64,000 nt of DNA, from positions 179,056,001 to 179,120,000 of the forward strand of contig OZ024743.1 of NCBI GenBank assembly GCA_964016885.1, written 5' to 3'. Each line of letters starts with the position of its first letter. Position 1 is the first letter of the stretch. Of the stretch, positions 39,714 to 52,305 are shown piece by piece. Under the pieces are notes generated by a model, which did no database searches, was not told where the DNA came from, and was given only the letters and a program-made list of their open reading frames with translations. The position numbers and the translations under genes are program-made. This DNA comes from Eledone cirrhosa (Eukaryota).

Positions 39714-39789
<76 letters not shown>

Positions 39790-39852
39790 TGTATATATAG
39801 TGTATTTTGCAATACACTGAATGCTTAATATATATATATATATATATATGTG

Positions 39853-40047
39853 TAGGAAAATGTATGACCCTGACGTCAGATCTCAAGCCGTTTCGACGGC
39901 TATTTCTGGTCCAGAAATAGCCGTCGAAACGGCTTGAAGTCTGCCGTCGGGGTCATACATTTTCCTATTACCCACTCTACTACCCTAAGTTTTGAGTACT
40001 CTGGTGCGTTACGGTCCATCTGGTTCCTTACCACAACTTCTTCGTTA
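39853..40047. repeat. Short (TA)n-embedded element with fold-back head; related copy 54748-54886 (minus)
   Basis: Palindrome centred ~39910 (AAGCCGTTTCGACGGCTATTTCTGG-T-CCAGAAATAGCCGTCGAAACGGCTT). Confidence 0.7.
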
Positions 40048-40077
40048 TATATATATCTATATATATATATATATATA

Positions 40078-40136
<59 letters not shown>

Positions 40137-40142
<6 letters not shown>

Positions 40143-41282
40143 TACAACTGGCTTTCCACAAAATACATATAGTTAGCACCCCAAACACAAAATTGGGATT
40201 ATACTAACATATATCCTAATGTTTGTTGAGTGAGATGGTTACCAGTCGGAGATTAGCTTAAAGCTTTCTCTGTTATTGTATTAAATAGTTTACTCTTAAT
40301 TTGGCCAGAGATTTATATTTCCAGATGCCTTTTAAACGTAACTTTCCGTATTTATTACTGTTATGAGATATTGTTTGTTAATTAGGTATCACTTCTCTGT
40401 TTTTAGCCTAAGAAAATATCTATATGCGTGTGTAATTAATACATGCATACATTTATTTTTTAAAAATTAATTGCGTTCTTAACACGCGGGATTGATAATG
40501 GTTTTGAAAAAACTAATTAACCCGCGTGTATTAAATATTTTACTCTTAATTTGGCCAGAGATTTATATTTCCAGATGCCTTTTAAACGTAACTTTCCGTA
40601 TTTATTACTGTTATGAGATATTGTTTGTTATTTAGGTATCACTTCTCTGTTTTTAGCCTAAGAAAATATCTATATGCGTGTGTAATTAATACATGCATAC
40701 ATTTATTTTTTTTAAATTAATTGAGTTCTTAACACGCAGGATCGATAATGTTTTTGAAAAAACTATTTAACCCACGTGTATATTATTTTATTTTTCTCGT
40801 GACTCGCGATTATCTCCCTTTCCCGCTTCGTGACGCTATGCTATTTCCTCAGTCTAAAGACTGCTGGAATTTCAAATTTGGCGGTCATTCGATGCATGAA
40901 GAGATGACTTAGCGGACACGAAAAATAACTGCGGTAAGAAATTTTTTCTTATATCAAAGTTTAATGGGCATCCACTGATGATTTATAAGTGCCCACCTAC
41001 ATATATTCTTACAGGAAAATATGTTAGGCTTCTACATAAACTGGAAACATTCTCCCAACTTGTAGAAAACTTATAATGAAACAATTGTTTGGAAAGAGAG
41101 ATATATTTTAATTTTAATTATATCTCATATAAAATAATACAACTGGCTTTCCACAAAATACATATAGTTAGCACCCCAAACACAAAATTGGGATTATACT
41201 AACATATATCCTAATGTTTGTTGAGTGAGATGGTTACCAGTCGGAGTTTAGCTTAAAGCTTTCTCTGTTATTGTATTAAATA
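40137..41282. repeat. Composite direct repeats: 150-bp ends (40137-40287/41132-41282) and internal 250-bp tandem duplication (40278-40780)
   Basis: Direct reading. Confidence 0.8.
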
Positions 41283-41436
41283 TATATATATTATATATAT
41301 ATTATATATATTATATATATATTAGATATATATATGTATATAATATATATATATTATAGATATATATATATATTATATATATACATATAAATATATATTA
41401 TAGATATATATATATTATATAATATATATATATATA

Positions 41437-41491
<55 letters not shown>

Positions 41492-41562
41492 ATGTGTATA
41501 TATATGTGTGTGTGTGTGTGTATGTGTGTATGTATATGTATGTGTGTGTGTATGTATGTGTG

Positions 41563-41601
<39 letters not shown>

Positions 41602-41951
41602 GTATATGTATGTATGTGTGGATGAAGGTATGTGTGTATATATAGGTGTAAGTGCACTAAATCCTTTTCTATCACGCTCCACTCTCCTACCCATCACAGG
41701 AAGATATATGTGTGTGTATATTGCTTCCACCCCCTCACTGACCAGCAGCTGGCTATTGCTAAATCTGACCTTTATAAAATAACCCACACCCCAAATAACT
41801 TCTCATTCACTACCAGAAAGGGACACAGCAGTCAACCTGTTGTTGCTACCTAGATGAAAACTGCTATGAAATCCCACAATGAATTTTATACTTGAATTTT
41901 CAAGTCTCAAATTTTAACTCTTCGTATTATTAATTTTTCTTAATATTAATC

Positions 41952-41999
41952 AACATTTGAAAAGATGGCTTTTGCAGACCCATCGAAACCGGTCATTTT
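41952..41999 (+). ncRNA. Mutated hammerhead ribozyme remnant
   Basis: TTGAAAA (for CTGAAGA)-GATGG..CCATC-GAAA-C-CG-G-TC. Confidence 0.5.
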
Positions 42000-42135
42000 T
42001 TATACCCTTTATTATTTCCTTACCTTATAAAATTATGTTTTTTCACAAAAAAGTATTCTGTCTCTTATATATTCCATGTGCCATTACCAACCTCAATTTT
42101 CTCTATAACCTTCGTTTTGTGTAGAAAATTACACT

Positions 42136-42180
<45 letters not shown>

Positions 42181-42279
42181 TAACAGATTAAAGTTTAAGC
42201 AAAGAATCGCTGCTTTCACCCTTAACGGGATCTTCTGATGTTATTTCATGTCAGTGATTCATTTGAAAATAAGGACTTG

Positions 42280-42319
<40 letters not shown>

Positions 42320-42418
42320 TTTTTATAAATATTTGCCCTACGATTCTTAAATATTTGATATATATTTATCCTTATCGAGCCCTCTTTGGATTTTAGTCTT
42401 CAAATTTATTATTATTAC

Positions 42419-42464
<46 letters not shown>

Positions 42465-42477
42465 GAGAGAGAGATAA

Positions 42478-43320
42478 ATATGAGAAGAAAGAAGAATACT
42501 GCGTGGTTGCACGTAGGTTACATATGATAAAAATAGTCCCTCGTCAGTGATTTGCCAACCATCATGGGTATTTCATCGCATTAAAAATCAGATACCTCAG
42601 GTTGGTGCGAGCAATAATTAAAAAAAGTTATTGGGACCAGTAAATCGCGTAAAGCGAGGGAGACAAGTGAACAACATAGAAGGATAAATGCAAACCAAAG
42701 AAAGGAAATAAACAAGCAACATGGTAGTACTGGTCAGCTTAAGCTGGGTGGATTTCATGAGCGAAAGGTACAGACGTCCGACGTGAGTGAGATGTAAGCA
42801 AGAATAGGCCCACTGTTAGCCAAACGGGAGGAAGTGAGAAGGGGAGAAACAGAGAGTGAGTGAGTGGAAGTGCGAGGAAGCGGTCAGTCGAGAGAAAATG
42901 TAACTAACAGAGGGGGCGAAATAAGGTGAGAGAAACAGAGAGAACGGGGAAGCAGTAAGAGTGAAACAGACAAACGCAGCCGAGGTGAATATATATAAAA
43001 AAAATATGAGAAGAAAGAAGAATACTGCGTGGTTGCATATAGGTTACAAATGATAGGAACGGAAAATAGCGTGCTCTGTTGTTGCGAATGTGATACATAT
43101 GAAGTAAAAATTAGAAATAGAAGCCGGGACTATCCAACATCAGTGATCTACTAGCCATCATAGGTATTTCTTCGCATTAAAGATCGGATACCTCCGGCTA
43201 GCGCGAACAATAACTAAAATAAGTTATTAGAATAAAAAGAATTGGGTGGAGAAAGAGAGACAGGTGAACAAACAAGAATGGTGAGGCAACGTAAAGAGAG
43301 GAACAAATGAGAAAATCAAG
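42478..43320. repeat. Diverged direct repeats (~42478-42720 and ~43005-43310)
   Basis: Shared TGAGAAGAAAGAAGAATACTGCGTGGTTGCA start and conserved hairpin. Confidence 0.7.
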
Positions 43321-43789
43321 TCAGTGATTCATTTGAACATAAGAACTTGATAAATTATATATATATATATAAATTATACAATCTATATATATATATATTA
43401 TATATATAGATTATGCATTATAAATTATATATAGATTATATATATATGTATAGTATATAGATATATTTTATAAATATATATAATATATAAATCATATATA
43501 TAAATTATATATATATATAGAGAGAGAGAGAGAGGGAGAGAGAGAAGAGAGAGGTAGAGCACTGGAAGGTAATATCCGTAGTGGTAGAGCATTCAGTCCA
43601 TGGGACGAGTTAGGTAGAAGTGGTAACACAACAGTTAGTTCACCATACCGAGGAAAATTGTTTCAATTTAGCGGATCTTCAGCTCATACTGGTATAACCA
43701 TGACCAGTCCGAGGTGAGGATCCGCTAAGGTAAAACTGTTATACTCTGCTATGTATTGAGTACCTTACTTACTGTGGTTACCTCCGATT

Positions 43790-43825
<36 letters not shown>

Positions 43826-43907
43826 GTTATTCCGGGTTGAATCGGAGGTAACCACAGTAAGTAAGGTACTCAATACATAGCAGAGTATAACAGTTTTAAT
43901 ATAGATG

Positions 43908-43958
43908 AGATTCTACAGGACTAGAACTGTTTCATTCATTAGAAATCATTAGGAATCT
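43908..43958 (-). ncRNA. Type-I hammerhead with core mutation (CUAAUGA)
   Basis: AGAUUC-CUAAUGA-uUUC uaau GAAu-GAAA-CAG uucuaguc CUG-UA|GAAUCU. Confidence 0.75.
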
Positions 43959-44610
43959 GGGTATCAAAAAATAAATATGGTATTTATAGGTCTCTACAAG
44001 TGGTAGGAGAGGGTGGGGAGTGGGATGGGTGCAGGTCATTGGTTGATAGAAAAGGGGATTCATTAAAAGCTAATTCTACAAAGCTATAGTTTATTTTTAT
44101 TTTTATTTATATTTATTTATGTTTTTAGAGTAACAAAGGCAGACATAATTCTATAAACAGGTTCCGGATGGCATACCATTCCTTGTCAATAAGTTTCTCT
44201 TAAGCTAACAGATGTCTATAAAATCAGTGGGGGGTCAGTCATGGTCGATAGAATTAAAGAAAAGGGAGATTCTTTAAAAGCTAAAGTCATTAAGGTTCTA
44301 CTAAGTGACAAAGGTCTAGAGAATTCTGCAGACAGATTCAAAATACTGAGTGCATATCTTACTATTATCTTCGAACTTCTCTTAAACTAATCAACAATAT
44401 GCCAAAAATCAACAGACACATTCACAAAAAAACAAAAAAACAAAAAAACAAAAAACACACATACTCACTCACACACTTACGCGCAGCCATAAACACACAC
44501 TCAAACACATATACACACATAAAAACACACACACATATATAAAATATATAAATATATATTCATGTACACACACATACATACACACATACATACATACATA
44601 TACAATACAT

Positions 44611-44693
<83 letters not shown>

Positions 44694-44874
44694 CACACAT
44701 ACACACACACACACATATATATATATATACACAGATACACACACACATACACATACATACACACACACACACATATATACACAAATCAATACACTCACAC
44801 GCATACATACAAACACGAGTATACATATGTATAAATATCTATACACACACACATATACACACATATATATATAC

Positions 44875-44931
<57 letters not shown>

Positions 44932-45041
44932 TATATATATATCCATACATATACAAACATACACATACATACACAGACCTATACATAAATATACACATAT
45001 ATATATACAGACATATAACGCATATATACACACACATATAC

Positions 45042-45129
<88 letters not shown>

Positions 45130-45479
45130 ATACATATACATATATATATATATACACACACACGCGTATACACACATACACCTCCCCCCCACACAAAATA
45201 TATATACACACTCTCTCTCTCACGCACATATATATATATATATACACATATATATACATATATACACATACATATATATATATATATATACATATATATA
45301 TGTATATATATATATATACATATATATACACATATATATATATATATATACACACATACACACACATACACACATATATACATACATACACACATACACA
45401 TACACAGACACATACATATACACATATATATATACACACATATATACACACATACACACACACAAATATATATATATAT

Positions 45480-45515
<36 letters not shown>

Positions 45516-45730
45516 TTCGTTTCTGAATTTATTTAGCAAGATTCTTTATCTGAAATCGTGTGTTGAAACCGATATTGTTATACTTTGGGAGGGTCATGTT
45601 GCCAATAAGAAACACACGCACCAGTTGCTTTCACTTCAATTTAATTTATTATATATTTATAAATTTACAAATTTATAAATTTCTGGTTGGTTGGTTGGTT
45701 CCACAACCAGATAGTTGTTTATATATATAT

Positions 45731-45775
45731 AGTCATAGTTCTTTCGTCACACACTCTGTGACCTCTTCAGTGACT
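45731..45775 (-). ncRNA. Minimal type-I hammerhead in PLE pLTR
   Basis: AGUCA-CUGAAGA-gGUCACA gagug UGUGAC-GAAA-G-AA-C-UA|UGACU. Confidence 0.82.
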
Positions 45776-46080
45776 GGGTATTTCTTTCTTCGTTTCTGTG
45801 CCTTTCTTTTCTTCTATCCTACGCCATTTTGTTTGTGTGTGGGTTGCGTGCTCAGTTTGCGCATGCGCCACATCCGGGTGTCTGTGTGTGTTTGTGTTCA
45901 TTTTTCTATTTTTCTATTTATATTTTTCTATTTGTTTGTTTATTTATTTATTTATTGTTGGTTGGTTGTTTGTTCTATGTGTGTGTGTGTTTTCATTTTG
46001 TCTTGTGTGTGTTTTCATTTTGTGTGTGTTTTCAATTGTAAGTTGTTTGTTCTATGTGTGTGTGTGTTTTCATTTTGTCC

Positions 46081-48399
46081 TTAATTGTAAGTTGTGATGT
46101 TGCTGTTCCACTCATATTTTCTATTTAATTTTGGTTTTAATTCTTTTATGCTTACTGCCTCTGTAATTTGCCTAAACATTGCGTCTTTCTTGTGTGTGGA
46201 TTCTATTTTTATTTCTATGCTCTCTAATTTACCCCTGTTTTCTATCTTAGCATGTTGGTAGAGCACAGATGATTCTTTATTATCTTGGAGGTCTCGCCAG
46301 TGTTCATTTATTCGTTCCCCTATACTACGAGCTGTCTCACCTATGTACACTATATTTTTGTTTCTACATTGTCCTTCAGTACATCTTATGCTATATACTA
46401 CATTTCTAGTTTTACAGTTAATATGGGGGCTTATTTTACAGGTTATACATTTCTTATCTATACATGAGTGTCTTTGGAACGGGTATGTCTTGCTAATAAG
46501 TGTTTTTACGGAGGTACCAGGTCTTTCTACTATCTCAATATTGAGGTTATGTTTCTTTAGGGCCCTTCTAAATTTGTAGGCTAGTTCGCCTCTAGGGGTT
46601 GTATTGATGAACATTACACTCTGGTATTTATTGCTATCATACCATGAGTTTATTCTATTGGCCTTGTTCTTAGTTCTTTCTATTCTATTCCAAAATTTGC
46701 TCCTATACAAGGGGCAGGTCCCATTTATGTCATTATTTACCATTTTTTCCCATTTGGTTCTGGCTCCTTTATACACTCTGATTCTATCTCTCTGATTGTA
46801 GCCAGAGAACTGCATACGGTGGATGAAGTGTTGTATGTGTCTCTCTAGTTCTTCGGGGTTGCACATGCGGGACACATTTCTCATCACCCGTACCAAATCC
46901 GCAATCAGTATGTTGATTTTGGTATGGTCCGAAATGGCCGAGTTTCGGTGGATCAGTTGTTTGGAAGTCATGGGTTTGGCATAATGGGAATGGAGGATTT
47001 GTTTTTGGTTGTTAATTGTATCTAACCAGAGCTCTGTGTCTAGTACAGGTAATCGATGGTTGGGGTGTCTACTTGGGTAGTCTATAGTAACTCTAATGCT
47101 CTGGTGGATGGAGTTTGCTATTTGCTGGATGCTTTCCATTGTGTTTTTCTCTAGTTCCTGACTGTTCTTTAGTGGGGGTGTCTTAACTACGATGTTTATA
47201 TCATCTACGTAGCGGGAGTACATTATCAGGGTTAAGCTGTCTTCTAATTGTTCATTAAGTTTCTGTTTAAGTCTACTGTCCCACCATACCATGAATAAGT
47301 TAGCTATGTCGCCTGCAATGCTAACACCAATGGCTGCTCCTTCCTCTTGGGCATATGTTTTACCATTAATTTTGAACATATGTTCCTTAAGGGTTAATTT
47401 TATGCTGGCCCCTACCGCATGTGCAATCATTTTCTTCAGTTCATCGTGGTTTTCGGGTGTCCGTATGGCTCTGGTCCACCCGTTCCATCTATCTGTGTGG
47501 GTTTTCTTGGCCATTGAGGTAATGGTAGGTGGTCTGCCTCTTGCTGGTCTTGTAGGGCACAGGTTGCTAAGGTCATAAGTGTCTAGGTAACTATTACTAT
47601 GGGTAAGCTTAAGTAGAAGTCCCAGCTCACTGGTATCAATCCCACGGAACTCAACCTTGCTCTCGCTGATCATTTCGACGCATTTCTCCACAGCAAAATC
47701 CACGTCAATAGATGGATACAGGGACACAACATCCATACTGCCTATTATGCAGTTTGTTAGGTCCCCAGATCGGTTACCCGCGCCGATTCTGCTGAGGAGG
47801 TCCTCCGTGCTGTCACACACATCTGGGGACATCTCAATGATGGGGCGTATGATCAGGGAGAGGAAGTAGGACAGTCTGTAGTTACTAGCAATGTTAGCCC
47901 CACAGACTGGCCGTGTTGGTGGTCCCGCGACAGGGTCCCAGCCCGTTTTATGGTCTTTTCGAAGCCAATACAACGCCGGCACGTCATTGTTCCAGGCCTG
48001 GAAGTTGTTGGCAGTCCTTTTGTTGGGCTGCATTATATTTGTCCACATCACCATATGGGCATTGAGGGTTTTTTCTCTATCCTCATGCTCCTGTGGTGTT
48101 ACCTCTCTTGTGTTAGTGATGTGGGGTTGCATTGCCTGGATGTAGTTTGGCAGGCTGTCAACCGACATTCTGCCAGACTTGTCTGTTGGAAAGCATGCTA
48201 TCTCTCCATTACGCGAGCACTGCATGAGCTTACGCAAGCCATTTGCAGATTCTTCTCCCAGTTGCTGGGCCTCTATTCTATTATGCTTCTTGCTATACTG
48301 TTCTATAATATTTCTAAGTTCGGATTTAGCTATACTAAATTGTGCTTCTGTTTGTTCATCGACCTGCGATGGCAACTGCGTGCGTTTGTTAAATGGCAA
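46081..48399 (-). CDS. PLE reverse transcriptase + GIY-YIG endonuclease (open over 772 aa; N-terminus continues via frameshifted ORFs to ~49240)
   Basis: TDKSG, RPV, SMDVVSLYPSI, QEEGAAIG, RYVDD, LPVLD; Cys linker CIDKKCITC; NVVYSIRC..VYIGETAR..R..EH..EA..I..LN. Confidence 0.93.
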   Translation of the reverse strand: MPFNKRTQLPSQVDEQTEAQFSIAKSELRNIIEQYSKKHNRIEAQQLGEESANGLRKLMQCSRNGEIACFPTDKSGRMSVDSLPNYIQAMQPHITNTREVTPQEHEDREKTLNAHMVMWTNIMQPNKRTANNFQAWNNDVPALYWLRKDHKTGWDPVAGPPTRPVCGANIASNYRLSYFLSLIIRPIIEMSPDVCDSTEDLLSRIGAGNRSGDLTNCIIGSMDVVSLYPSIDVDFAVEKCVEMISESKVEFRGIDTSELGLLLKLTHSNSYLDTYDLSNLCPTRPARGRPPTITSMAKKTHTDRWNGWTRAIRTPENHDELKKMIAHAVGASIKLTLKEHMFKINGKTYAQEEGAAIGVSIAGDIANLFMVWWDSRLKQKLNEQLEDSLTLIMYSRYVDDINIVVKTPPLKNSQELEKNTMESIQQIANSIHQSIRVTIDYPSRHPNHRLPVLDTELWLDTINNQKQILHSHYAKPMTSKQLIHRNSAISDHTKINILIADLVRVMRNVSRMCNPEELERHIQHFIHRMQFSGYNQRDRIRVYKGARTKWEKMVNNDINGTCPLYRSKFWNRIERTKNKANRINSWYDSNKYQSVMFINTTPRGELAYKFRRALKKHNLNIEIVERPGTSVKTLISKTYPFQRHSCIDKKCITCKISPHINCKTRNVVYSIRCTEGQCRNKNIVYIGETARSIGERINEHWRDLQDNKESSVLYQHAKIENRGKLESIEIKIESTHKKDAMFRQITEAVSIKELKPKLNRKYEWNSNITTYN

Positions 48400-49374
48400 A
48401 GTCGTGGCGTGGACTCGTCGTAGGTCGAATGATTTATCGGAGGGGTTATAAAACGGAGAGTTCCAGGCTGCTTATGTGTACTAGTGCTGTTGTTATTGTT
48501 GGTTGTGTTGTTTCTATTTCCACCAACAGCAGCAGCCTCAGCTTCATGGTTCATTCTATGTCTCTCATAATTACTCATGTCTCTTTCCACTGGCTCAATG
48601 TTGTTATCTACCCTATTTTGTGTGTCTGTGTGTTCGTCTTGGTTAATCTCTTTGTCCTTAGTCTCCCATCTCCCTTTCCTTTTAATCCTATTACTATTAC
48701 TTTCTCTTATTTCTCTGATTTCTGTGCTACTGTCATTACTTGTTTTCTGTGTTTGTGTGTTTGTTAAGATTGTGGTGGTGGTGAGAGGCATTGAATGCGT
48801 GTGTGTTGTTGTTGTTGATGTGTGTTGTTGTTGATGTGTGTTGTTGTTGTCTCCGTGTGTGTGTGTGTGTTATCGTTGTTGTGTGTGTTGTTATTGTTGT
48901 TTGTGTTTGCGTGTCTGTTGTTGTTGTATCTGGGTATGTTGCTATTGTTGTTGTTGTTGATGTGTGTGTTGTTATTGTTGTCTCCGTGTGTGTTGTTATT
49001 GTTGTTTGTGTCTGCGTGTCTGTTGTATCTGGGTATGTTGCTATTGTTGTTGTTGTATCTGGGTATGTTGCTATTGTTGTTATTATTGTTGTTTGTGTCT
49101 GTGTGTCTGTTGTTGTTGGGATGTGTGTTGTATATGTGTGTGCGTATATTGTTGCTTTTGTTTTTGTTTTTGATGCTCCAGCGTAGTTTCGTAAATGATT
49201 TTTCTATTTCTGACAGACAACTAATCATATTTACCTTCTAGAAGGTAAATATGATTAGTATCTACATTTTCTGCCTGTAGAGGTGTCTTTATGTGCCTGC
49301 GTATATGCGTATATTTATTGAGTACCTATTTACTTGTATGTGTATATATTTGTTTGTATATGTGTATATGTGTA

Positions 49375-49475
<101 letters not shown>

Positions 49476-49545
49476 GTTTGTGTGTATATGTGTTTTATGT
49501 GTGTATATTTATGTATGTATATGTATGTATATGTTTGTGTATATG

Positions 49546-49596
<51 letters not shown>

Positions 49597-49771
49597 GTGT
49601 ATGTATGTATGTATGTATGTGTATGTATGTATGTATGTTTATGTATATGTATGTGTATGTGTGTATGTATGTATGTGTGTGTATATGTATATATATGTGT
49701 ATATGTATGTGTGTGTATATATATATATATATGTATATATGTATATGTATGTGTGTGTGTATATGTGTGTG

Positions 49772-49829
<58 letters not shown>

Positions 49830-49833
49830 TATG

Positions 49834-49866
<33 letters not shown>

Positions 49867-49882
49867 GTATGTATGTGTGTGC

Positions 49883-49936
<54 letters not shown>

Positions 49937-49966
49937 ATATATATATGTATATGGTTGTGTGGGCAG

Positions 49967-50020
<54 letters not shown>

Positions 50021-50103
50021 ATTTGTATGTATATATGTATATGTGTGTATGTGTGTGTGTGTATATGTATGTATATGCATGTGTGTGTATATATATATAT
50101 ATA

Positions 50104-50144
<41 letters not shown>

Positions 50145-50151
50145 ATGTGTA

Positions 50152-50226
<75 letters not shown>

Positions 50227-50544
50227 ATGTGTATATATATATATATTTGTGTGTGTGTATGTGTGTATATATGTGTGTATATATATATGTGTATATGTAT
50301 GTGTCTGTGTATGTGTATGTGTGTATGTATGTATATATGTGTGTATGTGTGTGTATGTGTGTATATATATATATATATGTGTATATATATATATATATAT
50401 GTATGTGTATATATGTATATATATGTGTATATATATATATATATATATGTGCGTGAGAGAGAGTGTGTATATATATTTTGTGTGGGGTGTGTGTGTATGT
50501 GTGTATGCGCGTGTGTGTGTATATATATATAAATGTATATGTAT

Positions 50545-50612
<68 letters not shown>

Positions 50613-50704
50613 ATGTGTGTGTATATATGCGTTATATATATATGTGTATATTTATGTATAGGTCTGTGTATGTATGTGTATGTTTGTATATGTATGGATA
50701 TATA

Positions 50705-50773
<69 letters not shown>

Positions 50774-50914
50774 GTATATATATATGTGTGTATATGTGTG
50801 TGTGTATAGATATTTATACATATGTATACTCGTGTTTGTATGTATGCGTGTGAGTGTATTGATTTGTGTATATATGTGTGTGTGTGTGTATGTATGTGTA
50901 TGTGTGTGTGTATC

Positions 50915-50971
<57 letters not shown>

Positions 50972-51647
50972 GTATTGTATATGTATGTATGTATGTATGT
51001 GTGTATGTATGTGTGTGTACATGAATATATATTTATATATATTTATATATTTTTATATATGTGTGTGTGTTTTTATGTGTGTATATGTGTTTGTGTGTGT
51101 GTTTATGGCTGCGCGTAAGTGTGTGAGTGAGTATGTGTGTTTTTTTGTTTTTTTGTTTTTTTGTTTTTTTGTTTTTTTGTGAATGTGTCTGTTGATTTTT
51201 GGCATATAGTTGATTAGTTTAAGAGAAGTTCGAAGATAATAGTAAGATATGCACTCAGTATTTTGAATCTGTCTGCAGAATTCTCTAGACCTTTGTCACT
51301 TATAGTAGAACCTTAATGACTTTAGCTTTTAAAGAATCTCCCTTTTCTTTAATTCTATCGACCATGACTGACCCCCCACTGATTTTATAGACATCTGTTA
51401 GCTTAAGAGAAACTTATTGACAAGGAATGGTATGCCATCCGGAACCTGTTTATAGAATTCTGTCTGCCTTTGTTACTCTAAAAACATAAATAAATATAAA
51501 TAAAAATAAAAATAAACTATAGCTTTGTAGAATTAGCTTTTAATGAATCCCCTTTTCTATCAACCAATGACCTGCACCCATCCCACTCCCCACCCTCTCC
51601 TACCACTTGTAGAGACCTATAAATACCATATTTATTTTTTGATACCC

Positions 51648-51698
51648 AGATTCTTGATGATTTCTAATGAATGAAACAGTTCTAGTCCTGTAGAATCT
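51648..51698 (+). ncRNA. Type-I hammerhead with core mutation (UUGAUGA)
   Basis: AGATTC TTGATGA tttctaatgaat GAAA CAG ttctagtc CTG TA GAATCT. Confidence 0.75.
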
Positions 51699-51710
51699 CA
51701 TCTATATTAA

Positions 51711-51805
<95 letters not shown>

Positions 51806-51843
51806 ATTAAATAAATGGAAAACTATATTTATAAAACCATATT

Positions 51844-51909
51844 TATTTCATTATATATATTTCGGGGATATCATATTAACAATATGCTATGCCTTCATCA
51901 GACAAAATA
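51844..51909 (-). ncRNA. Type-I hammerhead ribozyme, intact core
   Basis: Reverse complement of 53186-53251. Confidence 0.75.
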
Positions 51910-52270
51910 CAATATAAACAGTTTTATAGATAAATATATTCGACATACCGTAATAAACATCAACTTCATTTGAAGAGGTTCACTCTAGCAGTGAAAATAC
52001 AGAGAGAAAGAAAGAGAGAGAGAAAAGAGGGAAATAAGAAAGAAAGAAAGACAAAACGAAGAAAAGGAAGAAAAAGAAGAAAAAGAAGAAATGCATGGGA
52101 CAAAATAGAGAGATGGAAAAATAGATAAAGCGAAGAGCTTCATGTAAAGAGACCGAAAGAGATATATATATAGAGAGAGAGAGGAAATAGAGATAGATAC
52201 ATATATAAATATAGATATAGAAAAATTAGGTAGTGGGAGGTCATTTTGAGTAAGTGTATCAATGATGCAT

Positions 52271-52305
<35 letters not shown>

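Larger units (their letters stand above)
38238..39717 (-). mobile_element. Retrozyme-like tandem array: ~461-bp monomers (38238-38699, 38700-39159, partial 39160-39552) plus inverted segment 39553-39717, embedded in (TA)n
   Basis: Near-identical direct repeats, one hammerhead per monomer, no credible ORF. Confidence 0.8.
45516..49259 (-). mobile_element. Penelope-like retroelement (Neptune-like), 5'-truncated with short inversion; 3' pLTR with hammerhead
   Basis: RT+GIY-YIG ORF, hammerhead 3' of ORF, 40-bp palindrome at 5' break, inserted next to (TA)n. Confidence 0.9.

Noticed and set aside
40810-40860. Minus-strand CTGAGGA..GAAA as a hammerhead
   Set aside because: No stem I or stem III pairing
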